Assembly (NCBI GenBank): GCA_051362555.1
Contig: CM120642.1
Span: 18,166,001-18,230,000 of the forward strand
Origin: Lingula anatina
Lineage: Eukaryota; Animalia; Brachiopoda
Reading direction: 5' to 3'
DNA length: 64,000 bases
Made by a program: the position numbers and the translations under genes. Numbering within the stretch: position 1 is the stretch's first letter; each line of letters opens with the position of its first letter. This document shows, piece after piece, positions 1-14,619 of the stretch. Below the pieces are notes generated by a model. That model made no database searches. It saw only the letters and a list, made by a program, of their open reading frames with translations, and had not been told where the DNA came from.

Positions 1-199
1 AATATTTACAGTTCATTGGCGAGTTAATATTCAAATTAATTAAAAATCAACGGTGACAATAGGACAGGAGGCACATCATGTTAAAAATATTATTAGTTGC
101 TGCTATGAAGAAAGGGCACAATGCATTTTACCTCCTCTTGTTCAGCCGCCAAGAGAATTGTAAAAAGTGGACAGTCTCAATGATATTTCTGTTTTTCAG

Positions 200-430
200 C
201 TATAAAAATTAACTGATATTTATTAGCCACTCCATTCCAATCCTAAGGGAAAGTGAAGGGGGGGGGGGAGGGGGGGAGCAGAGGCGGGGGGGGGGGGGGG
301 GGGGGGTCACCAAACAGCACACCTGAGGGGTGATAGGCTGCAATACCTACCACAGCCCTCATTTCCCCGATGAAGTCTGACTGCCAGCAGACGAACTATT
401 GGCTGGTAAATATCAGTTCAGTTATTTTTT
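200..430. repeat. Probable MITE with inverted arms around a poly-G tract
   Basis: aactgatatttattagcca (~211-229) is the imperfect inverse of tggctggtaaatatcagtt (~400-418); long G runs at 258-306 lie between them. Confidence 0.45.
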
Positions 431-1996
431 CTAAAGATATTGACAAATGAAACTTTATGGCCATTTCAAACACATAGCTTATGAAACTGTTCAACAATAA
501 CACCCCTGTTTTTTCAATTCGCCATTAGCTCTTACTTAAGGTGGTTGTAGTTGACGCGTTGACTTCTTAGACAAAAATAAGCGGAGAAGTATAATTGCTT
601 TAGAGGATAGCGTGTTCAAATTTCATATATGTTCGCTATGATGTTTATGTTTATTTTGGAAAGCTTGTTTTCTGAAACAGTCACATTATGTTTTTATATG
701 TCGTGACTTTGAATGTTGATCACGCCATCATGGTTTCAGTTTAAAAGATTACCAAGCAGTAAAAATAAGAGGCACATGCACGTCTGCTCGAACATCTGGG
801 TCTCTTCAGATGCAGCATCAAATATCAACTTCTTTCATTTCTTTATATTAAGAAGGAAAAACACACGAACACGTGTACCTTAAATATGATCTTTACTTAG
901 TCTAAGGTTTAATCGTATCAAATACAGACAGGTAATTTGTCTGCGAGCTGAATACCGACACTAAATTTGCGAGTTTGTTTTTCTGATATGGAATAATATT
1001 AGCTACAATAAATTGAAAACAAACAAACAAACAAAAAAAAACGATAAAAGATAAAGAAAGAAAGAAAGAAGCAACGCGTGCAATTCAGCTGTTTTGTTTT
1101 TAATGTAGATCTAAAATACCATGGAGTCACATTGTTTTATTTCATTCTGAACAGATGTACTGTAGAATGGTTCATCTCTGAATTGACATCAACAGTGGAT
1201 AACTGTATACAAAAACTACTATCTGGTGAAGATACATGGCGAGTTAGAATTTTATCATAAGAAATACAACTGTGGATTTGGGACTTGATAATATACTGCT
1301 TCTTATCATTATTCTTCGAGCATTTTAACGGTAATGTATGAAGACATAGATACAATATATGGCGTCGTCATACATGTACAACAGGGTAATTGCTAAACAG
1401 GGCAATTGTGTATTAAATAGCCATCTTGCGACAGTGTTAAAACATCTTAAAAGCAGCAGCATATGGATATAAATATCGCGATTTGGTCTAAAATGAAGCG
1501 GGGTTTAGAGGAGAGCGTTATCAGAAATAATGGCAAACTTACACGTGCAAAATGAAAACAAAAATAAATGACATTAGACAGTTTGAATAAAACAATATCC
1601 AGAAACAGTGGTCGTTTATCTGTATTTAAGTCTATTGTTTTTTAATCGGTGAAATATGTTGTTGTACAAGAAACTGTCAACGTTTGCTTCTTCACTTAGT
1701 TTTCCATTCTGTAAAGAAGAATTTCATTTGCACGAATTAATTGTGAGAGGTATTGAATTAAGTATGAAAGGAATTGAATTTCCCAGCATTACAGACTACA
1801 TTTGTCTAAGAATGTTTTGATCTACATCCATTGATTGATAAATTTTGATTCACACACTGCACCCGTGTTAAACATGCATTGCTTTAAGGAGCAGAGTATT
1901 CGAGAAAGAGAGAGTGAGAGAGAGAGAAGGGGGGATGAATCAGGTGAAACATAGCTTCTCTTTTGGTTGTAACTGTATATCTCTTTTAACTTCTAG

Positions 1997-4900
1997 CTGC
2001 TATTCCAAAGTGTGCAGGCTGCAGCGACCCGATTCTGGATCGATTTATTCTCAAGGTACTGGAGCGATCTTGGCACGCCAAATGTCTAAAATGTGCAGAC
2101 TGTAAAACGCAGCTGAACGACAAATGTTTCTCGAAAGGAGACAAAGTTTACTGCAAAGATGACTTTTTCAGGTAAGCACTAAGTATTGTATTTCTAAAGC
2201 GCAGGTGCTGTTTACAGACGAAAGTGTTGCGTGCTTCGCAGCAACAAGTGATATTAAGCAATCATGCTTCAGTGACATCGCAATCAAGAGGTCTACAATA
2301 TAGACAGTTCCCTTTATTATTTATTGTTTTCATGGAAGTTGTGAATTATTCGTGTAAAACATCAAAAACATGCGATGTTAGGGATGTACAAGTGTAATTA
2401 TTTAACCTGCAAAATACAGTAACGAAAAACAATTTAACACCCATTAATTAATAGCATTGGACGCAAAACAGTAATTCAACAAAGATTAGTTGTCACAGTG
2501 ACAGTGATGAATTATTATGAAATAGTGAAAATGCTCCACGTTATGGGCACATGCATAGAATTGCTAATATTCTGATAAACAGGACCACAGGATAAAAATG
2601 AATCGAGAATAAACGCGAAGTGGCGTTAACCATTTTACACTTCTGATATTCCCGGCGTCAAAAGCCAGTGTTTTTTCCTCGTTTTTTCACAATTTTATCT
2701 CTTACCATAAAATAAATCTCAAGAACATGAATATACTAGATAATCGACTGCAGTTATAGCTTTTGGAAAAATTTTCTCAATTAACACGCTTGGAATGTTT
2801 CATTTTGAAGAAAGGCTATATTGACATTTATACGTGTAGTATGAGTTAAAAAATACTACTGCCCTCTGACAAGAATTTATGGCAAATTCTACAAGTTACT
2901 GTGCAGTCAAAATCACCAAATTGAATAAGAACCGATATTTTGATTAAGCATTCCGTCTGGGCCCGCCATTTGGGTGCAGAAACACGCAGATAATAAGTCA
3001 TTCACATATTTGTACACATTTAAGTCTAGACAATTCATCTGGCACGTATTCCTTCAAGGAGATATTTTATTCATTTATGACGCGTATTCTCGACTTATTA
3101 CGGTTATAGAGATATTTGTATTTCCTAACAGAGAATACGTTAAAGAGGTCAAAACATACAGAAAGCACAATTTCTACAACTGTGTAACTATATCCAAAGG
3201 TACTGCAAACAATAAATTAAGTCACAGTAATGACGATGCCGTTTTTTGTTTTTTAATGTAAGGGCTGCTTACCAAGGTTCCCAATCTTGCAGACAGAAAC
3301 AGAATCAAAAATAAACCAGAAGTTAACAACATTTTGTCAACCTTTTTGTCATATTCACTTATTAAATTATACGAATAGTACTGATTTGATTTGGATATAT
3401 TTCTTTTATATCTATTTATAAAATTCTTCTGAGTGTGTAGCCCTGGTTTCATACAAAATATTGCTAAAACATGAAATTAATATAAATTTGGTCAAACAGA
3501 AATTATATTGCGATGTACTCTTGGCGTAAGAAATACACTATTGAATGAAAACTGCAAATTGTTTATCAAAATTGTTATTTTATCCTTTAGGAGATTCGGT
3601 ACAAAATGTGCAGCCTGCGACAAAGGAATCCCTCCAACCCAAGTCGTCCGCCGTGCTCAAGACTACGTCTATCATCTCGAGTGTTTCTCTTGTCTCATAT
3701 GTAACCAACAATTGAACACGGGAGACGAGTTCTATCTGTTGGACGATAGGAAATTAGTTTGCAAAGCGGATTACGAAACCGCAAAGTCCAGGGGTGAGTA
3801 TTTCATCTGATCTTGTCTAGTTGTCGACAGGTGAACTGCGTTCAGACCAGTAGTGTTTTAGCCCAGGAATCGGCCTAAATCGCGCCATTAGCAACCCACC
3901 TATACTCCGAGGTATTTCAGACCTGTGTACTGAAGCTGAGGTAAACATGGTGTGAACGTGGCACTGACTGTTTAACATGTCGAAATGCACGACTTCTCCC
4001 ACGGCGCAAAAAGCCACTGACGCGAGGTTACATGTTGCATAACTGTTTTTCTTCGTTGAAGTCTATAGATTAGGTAACTAACTCGAAAGGGTGTTTCTCA
4101 GAAAATAACTCTGGAATCCAGATTACTGGAGGAAAAGCTGAAAAGCAATTGTTATTAGTAAGTGGCTTATACTAGCAGTAAGTTCAAAAATGGTATGCAT
4201 ATACATGTATATAATGTTCACACATGCGTTTTAATAATATGGATCCTTACAATATAGTGCGTTACATTGTTATTCCCAAGCCCGATTTCTGAAGAATACA
4301 GTCAATTCAACATGAAAATACACTAGGGTTACATAAATATTTTAGCTAATGGATTTGTGTCTTTCTTTGTAATCTATCCTGTAATTCCAAAGGCAGAAAC
4401 GTAGCTGCTGCATCATTGTGGGATCGAATTTCAGGACGAATAATTAGACTAATACGCATATTATGTTACCGTTGATACAAATAACACATTTAGAAAGAAT
4501 CAGACAACCTTCATCCACGAATGATTGTACGCAGTTGATAATGTTTGCGTTCATTTTCACGATGCATCGGTGAAATAAAAGATGGCCCCTGAGTGGGTAT
4601 GCCAAAATGGCATTTGGGTTGTACATGTATCAAACAAAAGCGTTTCAGGTAACTGCTTCACGATACGTTCCTTTTTAAAGTACACACGGTGTTTCTGTCT
4701 ATGTTGCAGCAAAAGTTAACCTCGACTGCACGGTCAAATACACCTCAAACACTAAGATTATCAATGTGTCATTTGTCGAGTATTGAGTAAACGGAACATT
4801 TCATTCTGTGCCCTTTCAAAGGCATGCAAATTGCGTAAAAGCCACCTTTTTTGAGTGCACTTATTATTGCGTTTGGTATTCTTATGAAGTGGAAAGGAAA

Positions 4901-6842
4901 AAGAAGAAAAAACATACTTTTTATATCAAAAGTTGGCACAGTGAACTGCCGAGAATGTTATTCAATACATATTTGTATTTTGCATTCACTTTTGGTGGAC
5001 AATTTCCACTTCAGAAATATAGAAAAAATAAAAAATATATGTATAATATTCCCGGCAGAGCACATCTGAAATCTGGAAATACTGCCAAATGTTTCAGATA
5101 AAATATTAAGGAAAATGTATTTGTATAATCTTATTAAGAACAAATAAGTAAAAAAAAATATAAAAATCCTTGAGCAACAATGGTTTTCCATCTCTGTGCC
5201 TGGTCTCCAGAAGGCATCATATATGTACATGTACAACCGTTTTATTAAGTCATTATATAGAATAGTGCTCACAGTATTATCTATGACATACATTATCATG
5301 TATATTCAAAACACCGAAGTTCACATTAGATTTTGCTCTTTATTTTACAGAATTTGAAATCGATAGCAGTAATAAACGTCCACGAACCACTATAACAGCA
5401 AAACAGTTGGAAGCCTTAAAACGCGCCTACAATGAAAGTCCAAAGCCAGCACGGCACGTCAGAGAACAGCTCAGCGCAGAGACCGGACTGGACATGCGAG
5501 TTGTCCAAGTATGGTTCCAGAATAGGCGCGCTAAGGAAAAACGCCTGAAGAAAGATGCCGGCCGCCATCGGTGGAATCCGTATTTCAGGCAGATGAAACA
5601 AAGACACCACGCGGGAGAATCGGACGGTGCACTCAGCGCAGACGACACTCTATCTGACGGTGCCGTGGACATTTCTTATCAAAGTAAGTCTTCATATTAT
5701 TCTTTTTATTGTGTTCTTTTTTGCCAGTTTCATCCGTTTGTCTGTACGATATACTGTAAATGTAACCTTTTTCATTATTAAAAAGGAAATAAGTTTAATT
5801 AAACGGCTGTTATTATATTTTGATCTAATTTCTTTTCAAAATTGTTGCTAATTACACAAATGTAGCAAGCGTATTCAATATTGCATGATAGGTGGACCTC
5901 AATGAATTAATAACAGTGTGGGCTCCACTATGTCAATATACCTCAAAGCCACTGTACATTAACATTTAAATGTATTATAAATAGAACCACAGACATATAT
6001 GAAACGCCGCATTGATCATCTTAATCAAAAATAGAACTGTTACAAAGTCATTGATTATAGACCTGCAAACCAAAACCTGATGGTGTAGGGCCTTTAAACT
6101 GATATAGACACTATCTATTTAATTCACGTACCAAAATGCCTGTACATGCATTGAGATCTAAGTTGGTTTGAAATAGGAAATGAATAATAACTCATGCAGA
6201 TCGCGATTTGAATTAAATGCGAGTGATTAAGTTGATCTGCCAAGTTATTCAGGTCACAAGTAAACCTCCATGGGATATTCATGATTGGACTGTAAGAGTT
6301 CACTTATAGAAATTAAGCGATCAAAACATCTTATGCTTGTCACGGTATTCATGCATGTTGTGTTGGGGGAAATGAATCTGTACCAGTTTAAGTGCAGGAA
6401 TTTACAAAATAATAATACTAATAATACTAATAATAATAATGATAATAATAATAATAAAACAAGCAATGACAATATGTTTTTAATATTTTTTCCAGATGAC
6501 ATTGACTCAATGGACACTAATCCTAATCTAGGCCGTTCAGGCGACCTTTTCGGTATGGGGCAAGCTTTAGACCATGAACCCCCCATGGGTCAGGTCCCTG
6601 TGGTGCCACCTGGGACGCCACCTGGTGACACTTGGTTGCACTACGGCGGCCCTCCCGCTAACACTGCTTACATGGGCAGACACTCACCATCAGTAGGGCA
6701 GCAGATCATGCAAGAATCTTTGGGCTTGGTTGGGGCGCCTCCTGGCTTGGGCCGGGTGCTGCCACCAGACGTCAGTGACAGTGAGCAAAGTTTTGGTGAC
6801 TATCCACCACGTTCTACACCAAACCACGTTGAGGTGTACTGA
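1997..6842 (+). CDS. Lhx3: LIM-homeodomain transcription factor Lhx3/4 (Lim3), 5'-partial; exons 1997-2171, 3591-3793, 5351-5683, 6496-6842
   Basis: Exon 1997-2171 encodes LIM1 ([34 protein letters not shown]...[15 protein letters not shown]). 3591-3793 encodes LIM2 ([32 protein letters not shown]...[19 protein letters not shown]). 5351-5683 encodes the homeodomain ([67 protein letters not shown]), diagnostic of Lhx3/4. 6496-6842 is the Pro/Gly-rich C-terminus ending at TGA. All junctions are GT-AG and phase-compatible; start exon not found. Confidence 0.96.
6408..6457. repeat. (AAT)n microsatellite in the last Lhx3 intron
   Basis: Directly visible aataataatactaataatact... tract just upstream of the 6495 acceptor. 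Confidence 0.85.
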
Positions 6843-9800
6843 AAACTTGAACAGTCAAATGTACTTCAATATGAAAAAAAGCTATTTACAATGGGACTGG
6901 CTCCCTGTGTTCAGGAACAGCTGACCCCGGCTGTAGAGTTGAAAGCCGAACTGAAGGAGCATTGGTAAAAGGCACCAATGCAGTTAAAAGAGCAGATGTT
7001 CCCGAGGTTTCTGGCGTGAGAAAAGCTCACTTCATGACGCCTGTTGCTCCAAATGCTAGCTGCAAAACCGTCTTCTGAGACAGAAGTGAAGATAAAAATT
7101 GAAGGGAGCAAAGCCCTTGGTGTTTGTCACTTTTTGTATTATTTCGTATTTGTTGGCGCCAAGCAGAAGTGGAAAAAGTGCACAAACATAAATTGCGCAT
7201 ACGAAGGGCAGATAAAGCATCCCGATTAACGGCAATCACCTGGAAGCGCATATTGGTGCATATATGCTGCTGATATTGAAGGGATGCAAAGGCAAAGCGT
7301 CGGCGGAAAGTGTCAAGATGCATGCGTGAGTCACTGTATTTCTTTCTTACCACTGAACAATGACAACTTACTAAAACAACCATGACACGTCCCTGCCGGT
7401 ATGCCCTGTCCACGAGTAATGTAAAGTGAAGTTCAAAAACGTCTCAACAAGACGTGCCAGCGTTTATTTTTATGACATAAAGGGTGCGGTCGCGATCTCC
7501 TAACAGGGAACAGAAGTCACCTGACCATTGGGCAGTGTGACTGTGACATTGGACAGTGTGACTGTGACCCGCACACATCCGAGCCACAACCTAGCAGTGC
7601 CTAGTGTAAACTGCGAGCATTTTCTTGCATAAGTACTGTTTGTATCTTTTAAAAGAACTTGTAATGGTGTACATACTTATCTCAATATTTGCTAGATTCT
7701 CTTGGTTTACAGATTAACGTCAAGTTAAGGAAGATGTGGGGTGAAATATCTCTCTGTTACAGTTCAGAGCTGATGATTTCCCCTGCTATAGTTACCGCTC
7801 TCAGAAGCTAGCGTAATAAATGGTTGGATCTTACGAGTTCTATTACAAGTCACACCCAATTTTTTTATTAAGGAAAAGAAACGTCATGTATTTCTCTTCT
7901 TGTACAACATAAAGAACGGTAAGCATTCGATTTTTATCTGTACAAACCCGGGACAAAAACTTACATGATGTACAAATGTAATACGATAGGGCCTCATGTT
8001 TTGAATTATTGTTTTGATTTTTTTTCTTTTTTATCTCTCAAAATATTTGGCAACATTGACAAAGCGACCACATTGGTTCTTGCGGCAGTGCATGATGTAA
8101 TCAGAAAAGCGCACAGGAATTCTTTTGGGAACCAGATTTCTTATGAAATCCTGTAATGTGCATTGGGACTGTTGCTTATGGCTACGTGTGTTTCTGACAG
8201 TGTTAGTTTTTATGAAAGTTGAGAGAAGGATTTTATATCCAGTTGAGAGAAGGGTTCCATGTTGTCTGATATATATTCTTGACATTAAACCAAAATTTTA
8301 TTCAAAGAGTTGGGCTAGCGCTAAAGCATTTATTGTCTGGCCATACAATGTTATCTATTGCAAAAACAACTATTTACTTTCAAAAGAAACTTTGGTAAAT
8401 GGAATATAAAGCATAAAGGCTTATTGATACTGTAAAAAACAATTAAAATTTGCATCTGGCATTGTAGAAAATTCAGGTCTTGAAATTATTAGTATATTTT
8501 AAGAATTGGTAATGGAAGACATAAATGCCTTATGTCAAGTACCAAAAACAGATAAATGTATGTCATTTTATATTTACAAGGAAGCAAAATTTAGGTTATA
8601 GCTGCTTATTATATGCATATATATCTTTTTGACCTGTCGTCAGCGGGTTAAGATGGTCAATATAAATGTTATTTATTCAATTAGTTTTTCTCTGTGTATT
8701 TTGTTATGTTCTGTTGTTGTGCAATACTAAGAAAATTAAAAATTAAATTATTTATGAACAACTTCACGTTGTACTTATTGTCTTTATATTTGAGATTAAA
8801 GTAATTGAGAGACGTTCTTTTTTGCTTCAAAATCACGATTTTGTTAAATCAAATATATTATACCGTCTCTATTTTATTAAAACGATTTCTTTTTAATCAT
8901 ACAATCTGTTTTTTTAACGGCAAATGACGCCACAGAGTTTAAATACCTTTAATTTTACAAATGGCAATTATCCTTTTCTTGATTCCTGATACAAAATCTT
9001 AACTTCCACGTAAAAACCTCTACATATTTTCATAATATTAGTTTATGAAAAGGCAATTTATAATATGAATCCTTTTGGTTTTAAAGTAAAAAACTTTATT
9101 TTTCAAAAATTGCACGACTGCCTAAACTGGTCAATTTATTTTTACTTTAATACACCAGTGTTACCTTCCTGTTTTAAATGTGTATAGCAATACGCTGTAT
9201 TGTACCTGCGCCTTCCCTGGAAACTTGTGTTTCTAAATTTGGAGGAAACCTCTCAAAACATTTTGAAATTCGATTATCAACACGACTCAAGTACCGCAGG
9301 GGATCACACGAGGTGAGATAAGCAGTAATCGTGATGTTATATACTTGGGCAGCACGACATAACAAGACTTTCCTGCCTTTCGCCACCAGCAAACACAAGA
9401 CATGGCGTTATGGGAAAAGGAGACTCGTGAAAATTCCAAAGCGTTCGACAAGATTGTATCCTATGCTCCAGAATACATGTATGGCGCTATCCGCGATGCA
9501 CGATTCCAATACCTACGTAATAGCCATCCGCTCTCTTAATCAATACGTAATATTTTAACTACCATTGGTTTTGTCCTCAATACGACTTAAGTTTACGTCA
9601 GAATAGAGAGCTCTGTGGACAGTTACATTATATGTTGTGAAACAGAACCCAGAAACAAGGAGGCAGAGGATAGGTTTACATTAAGCTGTAAAAAATACAA
9701 GAGCCTCACGCAAATATCTTAATGCATCAATTTATCTGTAGATCACGACAGTTACCGGTGTCTATGGAATACAATATTAACCTTTTGTTAATTACGCGTG

Positions 9801-12800
9801 GTTCGCCGTCTTGCAAATGTTTTCTGTGAGGAGCTGCTTCAGATGTCAATGGGAGCCACCAGGAGGACATTTATCAAAATTACACGAACTAATGGACATC
9901 AATTTGCATGAAAATATATCTCCACTGCCAGCGCAGCCATAAAAAGAAACGTCAATGATTTATCAGGTTGCCGAAAGTACTGATAAAAAACAACGTTTTA
10001 CTACGACGGTTCCCTTGGGCGGTAAAATGAAATCAATGCTTGAATATATTTATAAGTGGCAAACGTTTTTCAAAGGCAAACAAACTGAAGTGGAATTTTC
10101 GCCTTAGAGGTGGGAAGTTTCCAATGGCCAATGCCTGTTTCAGTATAAGAAAAGTGTATCTTTAAATGTTTCTTACCTAAAACCGAAGTAATATACCATT
10201 ATCGTATAACTGCAGCAATAACCAAAAAAGGGTTTAGGCAATTAAGTTCTAAAAGAGTCTTTGGAATAGCAATAAACCACCCCGCCAAATTATACTCTTT
10301 TTACACAAAATTTATAAATATTTAATAATCTATACGAGCCCCGTTAAATTAACCAAAAAGAATAATTCTAAAAACATATTTGATTCATACAAACTCATCA
10401 CATTAAAGCTTTTGTGAGAGGATTGCGCACGAAGAACACGTAATCAGCAGGTTTTACGTAACTTTTATTCCCTTGAGTATGACTTGGGCTTGTGATTGAC
10501 AAGATATTATGTGTCAAGTGGGGTGCCATTATTCTACAAAGATAAAACAAGACTCGAGTCTATAGTCAAAGTATCTCGTAATTATCAAGACTGCAGTTGA
10601 CGCTAGAATGTGGTAAACCAGGTACCGTAATTTTTGGCCATGACTGTTGTTTTTTACATCAATACATAACTTTACGTGGTTTATAAAACACTCCAAAGTA
10701 ACACAATCTTAGTCGATTTGAACGATAAACTCATTCTGACCAAAGGACAAACATTGAAATTCAGCAACATGTAAAAGTGAGATTTATTACATTGTGCGGC
10801 TTGATGTGTCTCCGTCTATATTTTAATCTAAAACGGGGTCTTAAAGGTTATTAAATGAACCCAAAGAAATCTATCATTCATCTGACAACTAATGATGTCA
10901 AGTCTCTTATTCTGCCATAAACAGGTCATCGGTATACACAATCCTGGCTCCAATTTATTATGCTATTACCAGAACTATGGGCAGGGGGCCCGCGGTGATT
11001 ATTATTCAGCGTCAGGGCTATATGAGCGAAAAGCACGTTCTACCGAGGACATTTATAACGGGAGTAACACGCTGCAGACCCGCCTAAATCGATTGAAATT
11101 TGATCAAATGCAGAACAGCTGTGAATGGAAGTCAACCCTGATCAATTGGTACACACGCATTAGGCACTGGCGAATCTAAAAGTTTACTTAAGCGGGGAAG
11201 GGGGTACTAGAGATCATAGAGGAAGAATATTTCATGTAAAATATGTGTGAAACCAAAGGGGCCACGTGTCCTTGTATCCCATCCCATTTTAAACCACCTC
11301 TGGTTGCATATTAACGCGCGTGACGTACCTTGAGGTATATATACATAATTAACTGCCTTTACAGGGTAAAACACAAGCAGCTAGGAAGCGTCTGTTGGAA
11401 ATATATAATTTAACGTACATGTACTCGCACACAAGCCATAGAGAGTAATCACCAAGAGTTATATCAATCACGTTTTTGATTAGAAATAAGCATTAGTGGC
11501 TGAACATGGACGTTTTGGACAAGAATGGGACAAAAAGGATAAGTAGGGGTAGACATTTCCGTGCAAAATTCAACTGGAATAGTTATCTATAAGTTTTGAT
11601 AAGTGCATTTAAAGGTACTATAATATGCAGATGTGTCTATGTCACAATAAGACCGGTTATTCTCCTCGCGTGGTCTTATATATAAGTCCGTCACCTGTAA
11701 CTTTCAGTGCTGTCCGTCTTATAGAAGCGCCATGGCACATGTTCGGATGTCCAGATCTCTCAATATAAAAATATGAGATGCAGACTTACATAGCAGATCT
11801 TAATGCACCCTAGCTGTGCTTAATGGTAATAACAAGAAGGCAAACTTAAACTGTGTCCCAATTGCTCAAAGTTTAACAAATCCCTGTGCTTGCTAGAACA
11901 GATAAAAACAAACATAGGAGATGAAGTGCAAATTGACTTTTAGCAAAGTGACAAAGGTTAATATCATGATTCATGATTCTTTACATAAACAAAAAATAAT
12001 AAGGGATAATAAAAGCAATATCAGAGTGCAAAATGGGGCCATTACTGATATAAACGTTACATTGGATTTAATTTGATTGTGTTAACAAGCAGTTCTTTTT
12101 CCATGAATCCTCATGGCCTGTATTTTTCTGACACCTTGACAACATTAAGCAGTGATGCTTAAGTAAGTGTCTCATTTTAAGAAAAATTACTTATTCTATG
12201 TCTTTCTCTTAGCTACAGTACGAGTGGATACAAAACTACCATTTCTTTGCGCAAATACGTCGCCAGCCGATTCCGAACAGCACAGTAGAAAAATTAAATT
12301 ATATTTGTCTTGCTTATATCTTGGACACCAAAGAAACAGACAGACATTTAAATGATTGTATTTTTTTCAGTCTGTCTTTTTTTTTTTAAATAATTGACTT
12401 GTCCTTCGTCTTTCCAACAGCCAGTAGAAGGCCCAGCGCGCTGCCCGCCTCGGCACCATCGATCTCGTGACGCTTATTAAATTAAATACTCCCTAGAGGT
12501 TTCAACGTCGCAGAGAAATTCGAATTTCTCTTAGAACTTGTCATACTGACATTTCGTTGTGATCGATTAGCATCACCGCGGAGTCCCAGGGAAGCTAACG
12601 TAGGCTACAGGAGAACAGCGACACAAAGACTTAATTCTGGCCAAAAACTCAAAAGATTAAATATGCCGCTTTTTATGTGTTAAGTCATTGTGAATTTTGC
12701 CTTGATAGCATTAAAGACTCTCAAAAATGTAAAATACACAGGAAAGGTTGTGAAAACACGAGATCACAAAAACTAGGCTTATAATGGCTAAAGATAGCAA

Positions 12801-13858
12801 AGAATTTGGGTCGGACCTCGACAAAAAATAAAACATCTTGAAAATCTTGAAACACATTTGGACTGAACCTGTGGCAAATTGCCGCCGTTTGTTCCAGGAA
12901 AGTATCTAAAAAATGGTCAAAATTATTCTTTAGTGATCAATTTTCACCAATAATTCATATGACTTGTCCTAAGCCGCTGTATACATCAGTTGCCTTTCTT
13001 TTTCGACTTTATCTTCTTCACTTAACGCCTCATTGAGCTACTCAGATCAAGAAAAAAGGTTCACGCGATGGTACTGTAAAACATGAAACGATGACAGTGT
13101 GACAATGCTTTGGCTTGCAGCTTGGATAAACCGTTTATTCACGCTGCGTTTTGTTGCTATGGAAACTGTAGGTGCATGACAGGAAACGCTGTTGATGACC
13201 ACCAGTAGAACTTCAGCTATTTGCAAAAATGCATTTTAACCAAAACAGACGAACACTCAATTCATCACATTACGAATATACTGATATTTCTGAACAAATA
13301 TACCTAACGGTCACTCAATCGAGTAGCAATCATATTACCACCCAATAAAGACAAATCAAAAATATTCAAAATACCAAGGTAGCCCGTTTTTTTCTTCACG
13401 TGTTTATTTAAAAAGCTTTGCAATCGTATCACTTATATTGTTAGAACCTGACGAATAAACTTTATTTTTCAGTTATTTTCATTTGACACCAGAGGTTTAA
13501 TTCAAAATAATAACATACGACCCACACAACACCATACAAACTGAATGCACAATATTTCAGGCACGCTGCATTTGTGAGACATTAGTGAATACGTATTACT
13601 TTTAAAATATCAAAAAAATAAATATCAAAAAAATAATAATAATAATAAATAAATAAATAAATAAATAACTGACAGTGGTGCATTTTTTCATCTTTGCCAA
13701 CCTGAAACAGCTGCTACAGAGGTTCCCATATATGTTGTCATCTACGGTATTAATAAAGAGGCAAAAAATAGTTCATTGCAGTGGCGAAGACCAGAGGGCA
13801 TTGTCTGACGGCAACTAGCACATTGTCATAAGTCTCCCTGTAGTCGTGTGTGCACAGG

Positions 13859-14020
13859 TGTGACAGGAATAGTAGTCCTAGGAATGGAAGTCTGGGGTCC
13901 GATATGATTAGTGCAGGTTAGGGTTAGTAGGAGTATTGGGTTCAGTATATGGGACGAATGTCACCTGTACTGCAATGGGGAACACAATACGGTTGCAAGC
14001 GGACTGCTATTCCTGTCACA
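13859..14020. mobile_element. MITE-like element with 20-bp TIRs and an internal GGTTAGGGTTAG motif
   Basis: tgtgacaggaatagtagtcc (13859-13878) vs ggactgctattcctgtcaca (14001-14020), one mismatch. Confidence 0.65.
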
Positions 14021-14086
14021 ATGATCCAACCTTTTCACAACTGTACGACCTGAGCAACTACCACGTGACTGTGCCTGATGTCACCC

Positions 14087-14363
14087 GCACGAAAAAGCAG
14101 TAGATGCTCCAGCGCAGTAGACTACTGCAATCATACTGCAAATATGCCTCAAATCTGCTTCGCATTGGGAGCTAATTAGCATATTTGAAACATGCTTCTA
14201 TCATGCTGCTAATCTACTGCATTAATGCTCCTCCTCTGTACAACCCTATGTAATTTTTGAAGTAGAATTGCAGTAGGGTATACTGCATTTCTACTGCAAA
14301 TATGCTCCACACCACTACTGCGTTAATGCTTCTTTGCTACTTCGATCTACTGCATTTTCGTGC
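14087..14363. mobile_element. MITE-like element with TIRs and many internal (C)TACTGC/GCAGTAG motifs
   Basis: gcacgaaaaagcagtagat (14087-) vs atctactgcattttcgtgc (-14363); repeated tactgc units inside. Confidence 0.65.
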
Positions 14364-14619
14364 CTACATGTACCTGGCTTGGTTTATGGTCGCACAAAGG
14401 AGATACAAAGGCCGACTTTCTGTACAAAGGAGTTACATTAAATTAAATGAAAAAACTGATTACGCAAAGCACATTTAATTCATAAAGAGGTAATTTATAT
14501 CACCACCCTTTTTTAGAATGTGCTACTCAAAGTAATTTTTTGTCCATTTAAGGTTATCCAAAATCGAATTCTATCGATCTGGTTGGGTTGTTAACGAGGC
14601 CCCTAGTTTCTTTGAAAAT

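Noticed and set aside
33-44. AATTAATTAA Lhx3-type binding sites (also ~2443) suggesting autoregulation
   Set aside because: Expected by chance in such AT-rich DNA; no conservation data.
536-883. TTAA-GGT...ACC-TTAA bounded segment as a Kolobok/piggyBac-like element
   Set aside because: Terminal inverted match is only ~3-4 bp and there is no second copy in the window.
6285-6495. N-terminal part of the 185-aa ORF with poly-Asn
   Set aside because: Intronic (AAT)n microsatellite read-through; the real exon starts at the acceptor 6495/6496.
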